Assembly: GCA_963719515.1 (NCBI GenBank)
Contig: CAVRCJ010000003.1
Span: 32,001-96,000, forward strand
Length of the DNA: 64,000 bases
Direction of reading: 5' to 3'
DNA from: an uncultured cyanobacterium
GTDB taxonomy: Bacteria; Cyanobacteriota; Cyanobacteriia; CAKZMO01
A program made the translations under genes and the position numbers. The notes beneath the pieces were generated by a model. It saw only the letters and a list, made by a program, of their open reading frames with translations, searched no databases and was not told where the DNA came from. Positions 20,429 to 30,816 of the stretch are shown here, piece by piece (within the stretch, counting starts at the first letter, position 1; every line of letters starts with the position of its first letter).

Positions 20429-20830
20429 ATGGGCTTCAGGCAAAATAGACCCCCAGAGGTTCCCGAGGTAAACCTGGTGCCCATGATGGACGTGCTGATG
20501 TCTGTCCTGACATTCTTCATCATCATCTCGATGAATCTAACCAGCGAGGATATTCGCTCAGTTGAGCTGCCGACAGTCAGCGGTAGAGGCGAAGAAGATA
20601 CCGGCGCTCCTTTTGTAGTCGGTCTAGATGCCGACGGTCGAATTTTACGGGTTGATGAAGTTGTCAGTGAAGCAGAACTTAGCGAGAGCTTGGGGGCGTA
20701 TTTGGCGGAAAATCCGGAAGGCTACGTTCGCCTCAAGGCTGACCGTGACCTGGACTACGCGGATATTTCGCAGCTGTTGCTCACGATTCGCGACATCGGG
20801 GGGGGCCGCGTGTCGCTAGCGGTGGAATAG
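20429..20830 (+). CDS. exbD: ExbD/TolR-family protein
   Basis: EVNLVPMMDVLM, LKADRDLDY and RVSLAVE motifs. Confidence 0.9.
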   Translation: MGFRQNRPPEVPEVNLVPMMDVLMSVLTFFIIISMNLTSEDIRSVELPTVSGRGEEDTGAPFVVGLDADGRILRVDEVVSEAELSESLGAYLAENPEGYVRLKADRDLDYADISQLLLTIRDIGGGRVSLAVE

Positions 20831-20848
20831 GACTTTACAAACGAGCCG

Positions 20849-22086
20849 CTAGGTAAACTGCTGGTCAACCCAGGGCAGGTTGAAAATTTCTCGATACAGC
20901 GGATTGGCGACCCACAGCTCTCTCCTCGCGGTAGGTGACCAAGCCCAGAGAGCAGCAGCTCGCTCTGCTCAACGCTGCCGTCGGCGGCAACCGTGCCGCA
21001 GCTCAGAATGGCTCGGTAAATCTCGAGCGGACCGCTACGGTGCTCGAACTTCAAAAGGCGATCGCTAATCGTCTTGAAATGGGTAGGTTCGTCGTAGTGC
21101 TCCCAGTGAGAGATAAAATCGTGTCTAACCAGGTGGTCAACCCAGTGGGCGGCCCACAAGTCATCGCGGCGGTAGGAGCTCAGCCAGGGATCTAGGTATT
21201 GGTGGTTCTGACCCAAAACGCGGTCTTGCTCGGTGACGTCAGTCTGATCTTCTAGCTGACGGGCTAGGTGATTAGCGCTAGCAACGAGAAGCTGACATAG
21301 CTTCTGTGTCAAAAAGGGCTGACCGTTGGTCCAAAACAAAATTGTCTGCAGGGCCGCATCGGCATCGGGCACAATTCGCCTGAGGCCAGTCAGCAGCGGC
21401 TGCACCTCACCCCAGCTAAACCCCCGCATCTGAATTGCCTTGCCAAAATTGAAGGGAGAGTGCCCCGAGTCGCCCATCAGTGCGTCAGGCGTTGCTACCC
21501 CCAGCATCGCAAACGTCAACTGTCGGTAGGCAGGCTGCTCCGCTCTGCGTTCGTAGCACGAGTGGACAAAGGCAAAAAATTCGTCAACGGGAAATGACAG
21601 CCCCAGCACGCTGTCGATTTCGTCTAAAAAAATTGTGATGGGCTGCTGGACATGGGCGAGGAGTACGGTGGTGAAGAACTCGTCTAGCCGCTCAATCAAA
21701 GAGAGGTGATGGCGATCGCGCCACCAAGAGGCCAGCTTCACCGGCAGATCGAAGCTATTGATCAAGCACCGCAGCAGGCTGGCGTACCACTGTTCAGTCG
21801 TCAACCCATAGCTGCCCACGGCGGTCAGATCGACAACCCCACAGACTACACCGGCCTGGTGCAAGCGCTGCGTCGTTTTGACCCGCAGTGACGATTTTCC
21901 CATTTGGCGCGTTGTCAACACGTAGCAAAATTCGCCTGCCACAAGTGCGTTATAGACCTCATGGTCCGCGCTGCGGTAAACGTAGCTCGGAGAGTCAACG
22001 GGCAGGCTGCCGCCAACCTGATAGAGTTCTGGCCGGTAGGGCGATTGCTTAGCTACAGCCTCTTCACCCGGAATCTCCTCACCCAT
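20849..22086 (-). CDS. AAA_35-like STAND NTPase without C-terminal effector (apparent frameshift near 20910-20945)
   Basis: YQVGGSL..D.PSYV.R.AD, RQMGKSS, FLDEID, PFN.G and WTNGQPFLTQK motifs. The conserved tail ELWVANPLYREIFN..WV-stop is in another frame and ends at 20849. Confidence 0.8.
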
Positions 22087-23608
22087 GCTCGTTGTTTGCA
22101 GTCGGCACGACCTCATCTGTTGCGACAGGCTCCGGGGTTGTCACAGGCTCCGGGCCAGGTTCTTCAAACTCAAGCCACCGGGAAAATCGGTTGCGGAAGA
22201 ACTCGCGGTAGAGCCCACAGCTGGGAACAGCGCCCTGTGTGGTCGGGGTGACAAACCCTAGACTATGCAGCTCAGAGGTAGTCCGGTAGTTGAGCGCCAC
22301 CGGGCTGAGGGACTGGACTACGCCAGCGTAGGCGGTGAGCAGGTCAGGGCGCCTTTGGAGGCGTTGCCACTGCTGATTGAGGTGGTCAGTGTAGACGCTG
22401 GTGTCTTCGGTGCCTGCCTTGAGAATGCCATTGAGGCTGATGTCTCCGTGGGCCAGATGATAGAGCGCTAGCCGGAGTCGATAGGGATTTCCCCCTAAAT
22501 AGGCCAGCAGCGAGATTAGGCGCTCGTTGCTGCCGCTTTGGAGCCACTCTAGTCCATGACGCTTGACCAAGTATTGAAGCTGAGGTAACTCAAAGTTCGG
22601 CAGCTCTACCGACAGGCCAACGTTGAACGGAGACTGGTGGATGTTTAAGGGCAGTGCAGCATCTGTAGAGTGAACGATGATCAGCCGCAGGCGCTGCCAG
22701 TTCTCGCTACTGCTGATGCCATAGCGCGATCGCTCGTACCACGCCCGCAGCAGACCTAGGAAGTTTGAGGCCACTGTGGGATAGTCGAACAGAATATCGA
22801 CGTCGTCTATGGCAAGCACTAGGGGCGTCTGGATTTCGGTTAAAAGGTAGCGCTCGAAGTAGTCGGTACTATCGGCCAGAGGACTACAGATTTCGTCCTG
22901 GTAGTCGCTGAAGCGGTTAGGAAGCCCGAGCTGCCGGGTCACCATCGTGCAAAAGCAGCCTAAAAATGCGTCGATGCTGTCGAGGAACTCATGGCCAATT
23001 TGACGCATGTTTAGCGCCACCGTCGCAAACTCTGCCTGTTGCGCTTGGTAGAGTAACCTCGCCATCAGCGATGTCTTGCCAACCTGTTTGGTTCCTTTGA
23101 TGCGCAGCAGCGCCCCGGGTTGATGAATTGCAGCGTAGCAGCGAGTCTCAATCGCCTCACGCTCTACGTATAGCTTGGAGCCCAGCGGAACTTGACCCAT
23201 GGGCAGCTCTAGTTCAGCAGCCCGCAGGGGAGGTTGCCACTGATGACGATTGTCCGCGTTCTCCGGCTCCTGCAGCCTGATACGGGGCGGGACAGAGAAC
23301 GCGGGGTCGCTGGCCTCCTCCAGCCTTGTGACGTAGTGCCTGAAGCTCATCCGTAGATTGCTTTTGGTGACTTTTCTGCCAATAATTCGCGAGAGGGTCT
23401 GCCAAAGCTGGGACCCCGTAATGCGAATATAGTCCGTCGTGTAGCTGGAGTTCCCCGACATGTCCTGGTAGGTCTTCCCCAACCAGGCCTCCTTAAATAC
23501 GAGCTCTTGGATTGGCGTCAGCTGCCTGGGAGCAAGTAACTTGTCAACAAGAGCAACAGCGTCTTCGAGATTTGAAGCCAGGTCGGGTTCGATCGCCTTA
23601 TTTACCAT
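22079..23608 (-). CDS. N-terminal winged-HTH + AAA_35-like STAND NTPase
   Basis: HTH pattern L..IQELVF..AW.GKTY..M..GSQLW..LS..G.KVTKSN, followed by KQVGKTS, AIDDVD and SPFNVG motifs. Confidence 0.83.
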   Translation of the reverse strand: MVNKAIEPDLASNLEDAVALVDKLLAPRQLTPIQELVFKEAWLGKTYQDMSGNSSYTTDYIRITGSQLWQTLSRIIGRKVTKSNLRMSFRHYVTRLEEASDPAFSVPPRIRLQEPENADNRHQWQPPLRAAELELPMGQVPLGSKLYVEREAIETRCYAAIHQPGALLRIKGTKQVGKTSLMARLLYQAQQAEFATVALNMRQIGHEFLDSIDAFLGCFCTMVTRQLGLPNRFSDYQDEICSPLADSTDYFERYLLTEIQTPLVLAIDDVDILFDYPTVASNFLGLLRAWYERSRYGISSSENWQRLRLIIVHSTDAALPLNIHQSPFNVGLSVELPNFELPQLQYLVKRHGLEWLQSGSNERLISLLAYLGGNPYRLRLALYHLAHGDISLNGILKAGTEDTSVYTDHLNQQWQRLQRRPDLLTAYAGVVQSLSPVALNYRTTSELHSLGFVTPTTQGAVPSCGLYREFFRNRFSRWLEFEEPGPEPVTTPEPVATDEVVPTANNEHG

Positions 23609-23775
23609 TTGAACTTAGTACAACTACGGCAGGACTTTCAGAGAGATTGTGCTAGATGTTGCTCGTAAGAATTGTTCGGCATTGCACCCGCTGGAGTGCA
23701 ACCTCGTCCCTAGCACCCTGTGAGAGAGGACGTTATTTTGTTGCTATTCTTACAACGCTAGCTTTTTTCGGCCAT

Positions 23776-23838
23776 CTTAACCCAAAAATAATTTCCAGAT
23801 AACCGCTTCATCATCACTTAACCATCAGCTCTTAACAC
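23776..23838 (+). promoter_or_regulatory. Candidate Pho (SphR) boxes upstream of pstS
   Basis: CTTAAC at 23776, 23817 and 23831. CTTCATCA (23806) and CTTAACCA (23817) are at 11-bp spacing, similar to cyanobacterial YTTAAYYW repeats. Confidence 0.45.
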
Positions 23839-23915
23839 TAATTCGGTAGGTTACAGCTGGCCTGTGTTCGCGCAGGCCGCTTGATTATGCGGTCCCTTAC
23901 CCTCGGAGAAAATTT

Positions 23916-24881
23916 ATGTTGGTCAATAAAGGTAGCAATACCCATAGCCGTGCCGTGCTTGCACTGGGTGCGATCGCGGCAGTTGCGGCGGTGGTCGGCG
24001 CGTCCACCGTTCCGGCGTCTGCGCAAGATGCAATCGTGCAAGTTGACGGTTCCAGCACCGTTTTTCCCATCACCGAAGCAATGGCTGAGGAATTCCAAGC
24101 TGATAACCCTGGAACTGCAGTTGTTGTCGGCGTTTCCGGCACCGGTGGTGGCTTCAAAAAGTTTTGCGCGGGCGAGACTGACATCTCAGGTGCATCTCGC
24201 CCCATCAAAGATAGTGAAAGAGAGCTTTGCGCTGAGGCCGGCATCAACTTTATAGAAGTTCCTGTTGCTTACGACGCGTTGACCGTTGTTATCAACCCTG
24301 AAAACGACTGGGCAACAACGATGACCACCGACCAGCTGCGCGCCATCTGGGAAGCTAGCGCTGAAGGTGAAATCACCAGCTGGAGTCAAGTTGACCCTAG
24401 CTTCCCAGATCAGGAGCTGGCGCTATATGCACCTGGAACTGACTCTGGCACGTTTGACTACTTCAACGAAGCCATCCTAGAGGACGACGCGGGTGAAGAG
24501 CTGGGTCACCGGGGGGATTACACCGCTAGCGAGGACGACAACATTCTCGTGCTAGGCGTTCAAGGGTCTCCGGGGGGGATTGCTTACTTCGGTCTTGCCT
24601 ACTACCTAGAGAACTCAGAGACCCTAAGCGCGGTCGGTATCGACAGTGGTGAAGGCCCTGTCTTCCCCTCTGCTGAGACCGTTGAGGCCGGAACCTACAC
24701 TCCCCTGTCTCGCCCTATCTTCATCTATGTCCGTGAGGACGCTCTAGAGAAGCCTGAAGTGGCTAACTTCGTTGAGTTCTATCTGACCCAAGAGAACATC
24801 GATACCCTCATCCCTGAGGTGGGGTATGTGCCTCTACCCAGCGAAATGTACGAAGAGGGCCGCGTCAGCGTGGGCCTATAG
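23916..24881 (+). CDS. pstS: PstS-family phosphate-binding protein (Sec signal, no lipobox)
   Basis: [39 protein letters not shown] and [11 protein letters not shown] motifs. Confidence 0.92.
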   Translation: MLVNKGSNTHSRAVLALGAIAAVAAVVGASTVPASAQDAIVQVDGSSTVFPITEAMAEEFQADNPGTAVVVGVSGTGGGFKKFCAGETDISGASRPIKDSERELCAEAGINFIEVPVAYDALTVVINPENDWATTMTTDQLRAIWEASAEGEITSWSQVDPSFPDQELALYAPGTDSGTFDYFNEAILEDDAGEELGHRGDYTASEDDNILVLGVQGSPGGIAYFGLAYYLENSETLSAVGIDSGEGPVFPSAETVEAGTYTPLSRPIFIYVREDALEKPEVANFVEFYLTQENIDTLIPEVGYVPLPSEMYEEGRVSVGL

Positions 24882-25089
24882 GCTCGCTCGCTGATCGACT
24901 CGCTCCGTTGGCCATAGTCATCACTGCCGCGACGTTTGCCGTAGGGTAGGCTACCGGCAGCGCTGACTCAAACCACTCGGCTAGCTGGTTTGCTGCGCGA
25001 GCGCACATCTGATGAGGAACAATCTCACAATGTGCGCTTTCCGCATGGTATCCCGTTCACCTGTACGCTCGAACGCTTCTACAAACGCC

Positions 25090-25927
25090 ATGACTCAGTC
25101 CTCTACGCGCTCCGACCAGCGTCCTTTGTGGCGGCGAGCATTGTTTCACCCCATGCTTTACGCTTCTATTGTTTTGCACGGGCTGTTTTTCGCCATTCCT
25201 GGGGCATCGGAAGAGGAGGTTCCAGAAGAGCTAGTGGAGGAGCAGAAAATCGAAATCACCATGCTGTCGCCGATTGTTGAAGCTGAGCCCGAGCCAGAAC
25301 CCATTCCCCCCGCACCGCCGCCCCGACAGGCCCCTCCCCAGCCGGCCCCACAAGCCGCTGCGCCACCGCCCGCCCCACAGCCAGCCCCGCAGCCGCAAGC
25401 GCCGCCCCCCAACCCTCAGGCTGAAGCCCGAGCCGCCCGAGCCCCTGCAGCCGCCCGTGCAGTCTGAGGCGATCGCTCCCCCACCAGAAGCCCAACCCGC
25501 ACCCTATGACCCCACCCGCGATCGCTCAACGATTGCCGGCAACCTTACCAACGTCCAGGGTTATCTCGCGGCTCAGGCGGCTCAACTGCCCCTATTCCTT
25601 GAATCCTCAGCAGAAGCCTTGTTTTTGGAGAACGGCAATCCCAGATCGGGCATTGAGGGATTTGCCGTGCTGAACGACATCAAACTTCAGGGCGGCGGCG
25701 GCAATGCTGTCACAAACGCATTCGACCCGCAGGTCCATATTCCGCTTCAGCCCGAGATGACCGCAGATCGGCTGGACCAGGGCTATGGTGGCGGGCAGCT
25801 TTACGAGGTTAAAACCGCTGAAGGAGAGACCGTCTTTTTCGCCAACGCAGTTCCGTCTAAGTCTGGCGGCTCATCCACCGTCCTTTTTCTTTGGACCTAC
25901 AATCCCAACAGTCCTCCGAACTCTTGA
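25090..25927 (+). CDS. TonB/TolA-like membrane-anchored proline-rich protein (apparent +1 frameshift near 25425)
   Basis: TM helix with an SxxxH motif (ASIVLHGL) and a Glu/Pro-rich spacer. The reading continues in the frame of ORF 25274..25927 into a globular C-terminal domain. Confidence 0.6.
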
Positions 25928-25968
25928 GTGTAGACATCGCCACCCGCCGCCGATGCTATGCTCGGGGC

Positions 25969-26916
25969 ATGCGAACCCTCTACCCCGAAATTCAACCCTA
26001 CGACACCGGCAGACTACAGGTGTCTCCTCGCCACACCCTCTACTATGAGCAGGTAGGCAATCCCGACGGCAAGCCCGCTGTTTTTCTGCACGGCGGCCCC
26101 GGCGGCGGCAGCATCCCCAACTATCGCCGCTATTTTGATCCCCAGCGCTGGCGCGTGGTCCTGTTTGACCAGCGCGGCTGTGGCCGCAGTACCCCCTACG
26201 CGGAGCTACAGGAGAACACCACCTGGGATCTGGTAGCCGATATCGAGGCGCTGCGATCGCATCTTGGCATAGACCGATGGGCCGTGTTTGGGGGCTCCTG
26301 GGGGAGCACCCTGGCTCTGGCCTACAGCCAAACCCATCCTGCCGTCTGCAGCGAACTAATTTTGCGAGGCATCTTTATGCTGCGGGCTAAGGAAATCCGC
26401 TGGTTTTATCAGGAGGGGGCGAGCTACATCTTTCCCGACGCTTGGGAGGACTATCTACAGCCCATTCCGCCCAACGAGCGCCACGACTTAGTTGCGGCAT
26501 ACCACAAACGGCTCACGTCCACCGACGCGGCCGTCCGCCGTAGAGCAGCCCAAGCCTGGGCCATATGGGAAGGAAGCACCAGCCACCTGATTCCCGCTGC
26601 CGATACAAAAACGCGATTTGGCAGGGAACAGTTTGCTGAGGCCTTCGCCCGTATTGAATGTCACTACTTTATCAATCGCGGTTTTCTTGACCAAGAAGAC
26701 CAGCTGCTGAAGAACGTCGAGCGCATCCGCCATATTCCCGGCGTCATCGTTCAGGGACGCTACGACGTGGTGTGCCCCATGGGAACGGCGTGGGAGCTAC
26801 ACCGCGTCTGGCCAGAGGCGGAGTTTGTGGTCGTTTCCAATGCGGGCCATTCAGCCTCTGAGGTGGGCATCGTCGATGCGCTGGTTCAGGCAACGGACAA
26901 ATTTTCTCAGACCTAG
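25969..26916 (+). CDS. pip: Proline iminopeptidase
   Basis: HGGPGGG, DQRGCGRS, GGSWGSTL, QGRYD and AGHSA motifs. Confidence 0.95.
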   Translation: MRTLYPEIQPYDTGRLQVSPRHTLYYEQVGNPDGKPAVFLHGGPGGGSIPNYRRYFDPQRWRVVLFDQRGCGRSTPYAELQENTTWDLVADIEALRSHLGIDRWAVFGGSWGSTLALAYSQTHPAVCSELILRGIFMLRAKEIRWFYQEGASYIFPDAWEDYLQPIPPNERHDLVAAYHKRLTSTDAAVRRRAAQAWAIWEGSTSHLIPAADTKTRFGREQFAEAFARIECHYFINRGFLDQEDQLLKNVERIRHIPGVIVQGRYDVVCPMGTAWELHRVWPEAEFVVVSNAGHSASEVGIVDALVQATDKFSQT

Positions 26917-27557
26917 AGCTCTTCAGAGCCACGGGACTTCGCCTTCGCCTTGGCTTTAGCTGCGCTCTTTTTCAGCGCCTGCAGCCGCGATTCGTAGCGC
27001 TTCCGCATCTTTTTCTTCGGCGTCTGCTCAATCAAAAACTTGAGGGCGCTGCCCAGGCTCTTATAAGCGTTGGGCAGCGTGTAGCCAAATCGCGTGGCCA
27101 GGGCGATCGCTTTTTCGTCGGCGGCGATCGCCTCTTCCTGAGTTTTGTACATGTTGTTGCGCTTGTAGAGCCGCCAGCCCGACACGCCGCACAGGGTCAG
27201 CGCCAGCAGCAGTAGCAGCCCATCTTGGACCCAAAGCTCTCCCACCGCGCCGCCAAGGCCGATGGCCAGCGCCGCCATCTCCCAGCCATCTCGAGGAATG
27301 GTGTCGTTTTGGATGCGGGCCACCTCGTGCCAAAACATCAGGTTGCGCTGGTCTAGAGCGAGCTGCTCCCAACGAACTAGGTCAATCTGAATTTCGACCT
27401 GGTCGCGGCTCAGCTCCTCGCAGGTGATCAGCGGCGGATTGACCGCCGTCGTGCTCTCGATGGTCACCCAGCTTTTCAGCTCGGGCGGCAGCAGCGTCTT
27501 GAGACGCCGCAGTTCGGTTAGGTCTGACCGGACGGTGGAGGTGGCAAAGGAGGTCAT
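26913..27557 (-). CDS. DUF3318-family protein
   Basis: ELRRLKTLLPPEL, DQRNL.FWHEVARIQ and EAIAADE motifs. Confidence 0.8.
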   Translation of the reverse strand: MTSFATSTVRSDLTELRRLKTLLPPELKSWVTIESTTAVNPPLITCEELSRDQVEIQIDLVRWEQLALDQRNLMFWHEVARIQNDTIPRDGWEMAALAIGLGGAVGELWVQDGLLLLLALTLCGVSGWRLYKRNNMYKTQEEAIAADEKAIALATRFGYTLPNAYKSLGSALKFLIEQTPKKKMRKRYESRLQALKKSAAKAKAKAKSRGSEEL

Positions 27558-28075
27558 CGGCGAAGCCCTCAGCAATTTTGACAGAAACAGCAGGTCTATT
27601 TTCTATACTAGCTCACGACTAAGCTTCGCCTAGGGTGAGACGTAGGTGCCAGTCGCAACATAGGTCCAAGGGCTGAAGCGATCGCAGGAGACAACCTTTG
27701 GGGTGTGACGTCAGTGCTGGCGGGCCTCTGCAGCGCCTCCCGCTGCCGGAGGTCCGTCTTGCTGGTGTTGTCCCCAAATCTATGCCAGTTGCGCAACTAG
27801 GCTGTAAGGCCCACCCTTTCACCGCTCTAGGCATTTTGATGATAACTGTGGAGCTGCACCTGCGGCAACGCACCTATTCTCTAGCCGGCAGGCCCCTGTT
27901 ACTGATCGCAACGCTCAGCTATAGTACAAATAAACCATCAACCATTTTGCAAGCCTACGTCAGTCTATGCACTGCGGCTCGGCAATGGTCAATGATTTTA
28001 GAACTAATGGCTGATATCGCACTATATTGTTGCGACGCATCATCACAGTGGGAAGTCATCAGCAGAGGCTAGACA

Positions 28076-29215
28076 ATGCTGTTAAGACGTAGAGATGTTG
28101 TGACTATGTTGATGTCTTCTGTGGTTTCTGCAATCGTCACGGTAAGCGTACCGCTAGCGTTTAACCTTTCTATCCTTCAGCCCTCCCCTCCCCTGCTGCC
28201 TCAGCCGGCATCGCAGTCCGCATCCGATGAGCTTCAAGGTACCCCCTCTACGCCTGACAATGGGGCAAGAGCTGGTCAGATTATCGCCAGCACCCCCACC
28301 GGCACCGTCAACGTTCGTTACGCTCCGACGGTGGTTTCTCGCAGGCTAGGGCGGCTTCGAGCGGGCGATCGCATCACAATCTTGGGTCAAGACGTAGCCC
28401 GAGGCGACCAGTGGTACGAGATCCAGTCTGAGGGGCCCAACCCGTCACTACGGGGCTGGGTTCGAAGCGATTTTGTCAAGGTCGCGGCCGGCCTTGAGAT
28501 GCCCACGGTAAGCGTTTCTACGCGCCGTAGTTCAGCCCCACGAGGGCAGGCGGACCCGGTCCTAGAGCCTGCTTCTAACGAAACGATTGCCCTGCAGCGG
28601 CCAGAGCCCTTTGCCGAGAGGTATAGCCAAGCAGATCTCGATTACTTCTTAGAAATTGCTACGGGTTCAGAATTTACCCGGGCAAGCTTACCGATTCGCA
28701 AGTGGGAGCAGGACATCACGATCAAAGTTCATGGGACACCAACCTCAGGAGATCGGCAGACCCTCGACGCTGTCGTTGGGGAGCTTGAGAATCTCGTAGG
28801 CAGCATTGATGTTCGGGTTGTGAATGAGCCCGCCGCCCGCGGAAACATCGACGTCTATTTTGTAGACCCCACGGAATTCTCCAGGTATGTCCCCCACACA
28901 AATCCTGGCCGGGGCGGTTTTGTGTGGATACGAGCGCCTAGGGGGGCGATCGATGAAGCAACCGTCTTGATCGCCAGCAACGGACTGACCCAGCCGCAGC
29001 GAAACCACATTATTCGAGAAGAGGTGACACAGGCCCTTGGACTACTCAACGACTCTTTTCAATACCGCGACAGCATCTTCTTTCAGCTTTGGAACGCCGT
29101 GACGCAATATTCCCCAAGAGATGAGCGGGTAATCCAGCTGCTATATCACCCAGAGGTGAAGCCTGGTATGAGTCAGGACGAAGCGCTGAAGGCGCTGAGC
29201 CCGCTCGTATCTTGA
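28076..29215 (+). CDS. SH3b + DUF2927-like exported protein
   Basis: N-terminal anchor, SH3b domain (VNVRYAP..WY..GWVRSDFV), then IRKW and RNHIIREEVTQALGL.NDS..DSIF. Confidence 0.75.
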   Translation: MLLRRRDVVTMLMSSVVSAIVTVSVPLAFNLSILQPSPPLLPQPASQSASDELQGTPSTPDNGARAGQIIASTPTGTVNVRYAPTVVSRRLGRLRAGDRITILGQDVARGDQWYEIQSEGPNPSLRGWVRSDFVKVAAGLEMPTVSVSTRRSSAPRGQADPVLEPASNETIALQRPEPFAERYSQADLDYFLEIATGSEFTRASLPIRKWEQDITIKVHGTPTSGDRQTLDAVVGELENLVGSIDVRVVNEPAARGNIDVYFVDPTEFSRYVPHTNPGRGGFVWIRAPRGAIDEATVLIASNGLTQPQRNHIIREEVTQALGLLNDSFQYRDSIFFQLWNAVTQYSPRDERVIQLLYHPEVKPGMSQDEALKALSPLVS

Positions 29216-29250
29216 GGTGGCCTCAATCGGCTAGCCGTTAGAACAGATCG

Positions 29251-29284
29251 GGTCAAAGTCCTTCAGTTCTGAAGGACTTTGACC
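29251..29284. terminator. Bidirectional terminator-like hairpin
   Basis: 16-bp perfect inverted repeat GGTCAAAGTCCTTCAG-tt-CTGAAGGACTTTGACC between convergent genes. Confidence 0.75.
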
Positions 29285-29308
29285 GCTAGTACGCTGGTCT
29301 GATTGGGT

Positions 29309-30127
29309 CTAGATAATAAAGTCGGACGAAACCCAGCCGCCGCTCGACAGCTCAACCCAGCCTCCCAACGTCTCCCCGGTGACGCCAGCAACAGCGCCAT
29401 TGCTGAGGGTATCGCTGACGGAAAACTGGACACCAGGCCCCGAGCGCACGTTGAGCGGGCTGCCGCTGGTGCTCACCTGAACAGTTTGCGGATCGTTGGG
29501 GCTAGGATTGGTGGACCCATCAAACAGCAGACCCTGAGTTGAAGGTCCGGCAACGCCATCGGCCGTCAGGCTATTTTCCGCTTGGAAATCTCGAACGGCC
29601 TGCACTGTCACCGTGCCGTAGAAACCGGTTGAAGCAACGCTTGTCGGGAAGAACCCTAGCGCCTTCAGCGCATCTTGAATGGCGGTAACGGTCTGCCCCG
29701 AATCGCCCTGCTGGACGAGGGGACCGATATCCGTTCCGATATCACCAGGGTTCGTGCCATCTCTCAACCCCAGCACGGTCTCAGTCGCAGGTCCGGCAAT
29801 GCCGTCGACCACAAGAGCAGGCACCGAGGATTGAAAGCTCCTGACGGCAAGCTCAGTTGAAGGTCCGAAGACACCGTCAACTGGCCCTGGCTCAAAGCCC
29901 AGGTCTGTCAGAACCTGCTGGATAGCGGTCACCTCGGCGCCCGTATCCCCCAGGCGTGCGGCCATGGCGCTGGGCGCGGTACCGACAAGGGATAGACCAA
30001 CGGCCAGGGCAGCGATTCCCATCCAGGCTGAATTGGGGAGCTTAATGTTTATCTTCACCTGCTGCTGCGGGGCAGGCGAGGGATCTTCGTACGTGCTAGC
30101 AGCGTGGGTAAAAGCAAGAATTTCCAT
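29309..30127 (-). CDS. Peptidoglycan-binding protein (2x PG_binding_1 + SH3b)
   Basis: Two repeats of V..IQ..L..LG..DG.FG..T..AV..FQ..L..DG.AG; C-terminal LNVRSGPG..GW..GWVS. Confidence 0.88.
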   Translation of the reverse strand: MEILAFTHAASTYEDPSPAPQQQVKINIKLPNSAWMGIAALAVGLSLVGTAPSAMAARLGDTGAEVTAIQQVLTDLGFEPGPVDGVFGPSTELAVRSFQSSVPALVVDGIAGPATETVLGLRDGTNPGDIGTDIGPLVQQGDSGQTVTAIQDALKALGFFPTSVASTGFYGTVTVQAVRDFQAENSLTADGVAGPSTQGLLFDGSTNPSPNDPQTVQVSTSGSPLNVRSGPGVQFSVSDTLSNGAVAGVTGETLGGWVELSSGGWVSSDFII

Positions 30128-30816
30128 AGGGCATTATCTGGAATAAAGGGCAGTGGGGGGTTGAGCTGCTGAATAAGCCGTCAGATTGCCTCTGCTTAGG
30201 AGCAGGGGACCAATCGACGTCTCTGCCTCTCAACGGGGCCGACTCAAACTTAAATGGGAGCCTGACGGTAAGACCTCAAGCAGCCCATAGCCTCGGCGAA
30301 GCTCCAGCACAACCTGCAGTCGGACAAGTGGGAACAAACGGTATATAGAGTATTACGTAGCTCTAGCTAGGCTCGGAACTCAGTTAGATACATTTAGATG
30401 AATCTACCTACATAAGTAAGCCAAATCTAGGGCGATCGCCACTAATTTAATATTTCTGCAACATTATTTCCGGGCCACGCCCTGAATGAATGAAGGTGCA
30501 GCCGCGATCGCAGATCTCCAGGGGCCGTCAGGACAACTCTCTGACCGTCCTACGGTAGTGTCACAATAGCCCGAGGCCGCTCGAAGTAAAAAATCAAGTC
30601 AATTCCTTACGGAGAGAGCCTTTCAGGCGCTAAATTTCGTTCTCCGGTTTTCGGCTCTCGTAGCCCAGTTAAATAACTCGAACGACCCCAAGCGCAATTT
30701 TGAGGGGGCTGGCCGACGATGAATATGTCGAACAGCGCGCCAGGGTGGATGTCTTTAGCTCCTTTATAGACCTGTGACTGACGACGCCTCACACTATTCG
30801 CAAGGGACAACGAGCA

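Noticed and set aside
30165..30305. c-di-AMP (ydaO) riboswitch
   Set aside because: Only partial GGGGACC and GGGGCCGA resemblance, on the wrong strand for the adjacent gene, and the conserved 3' CCGTCAGCTAAC block is missing.
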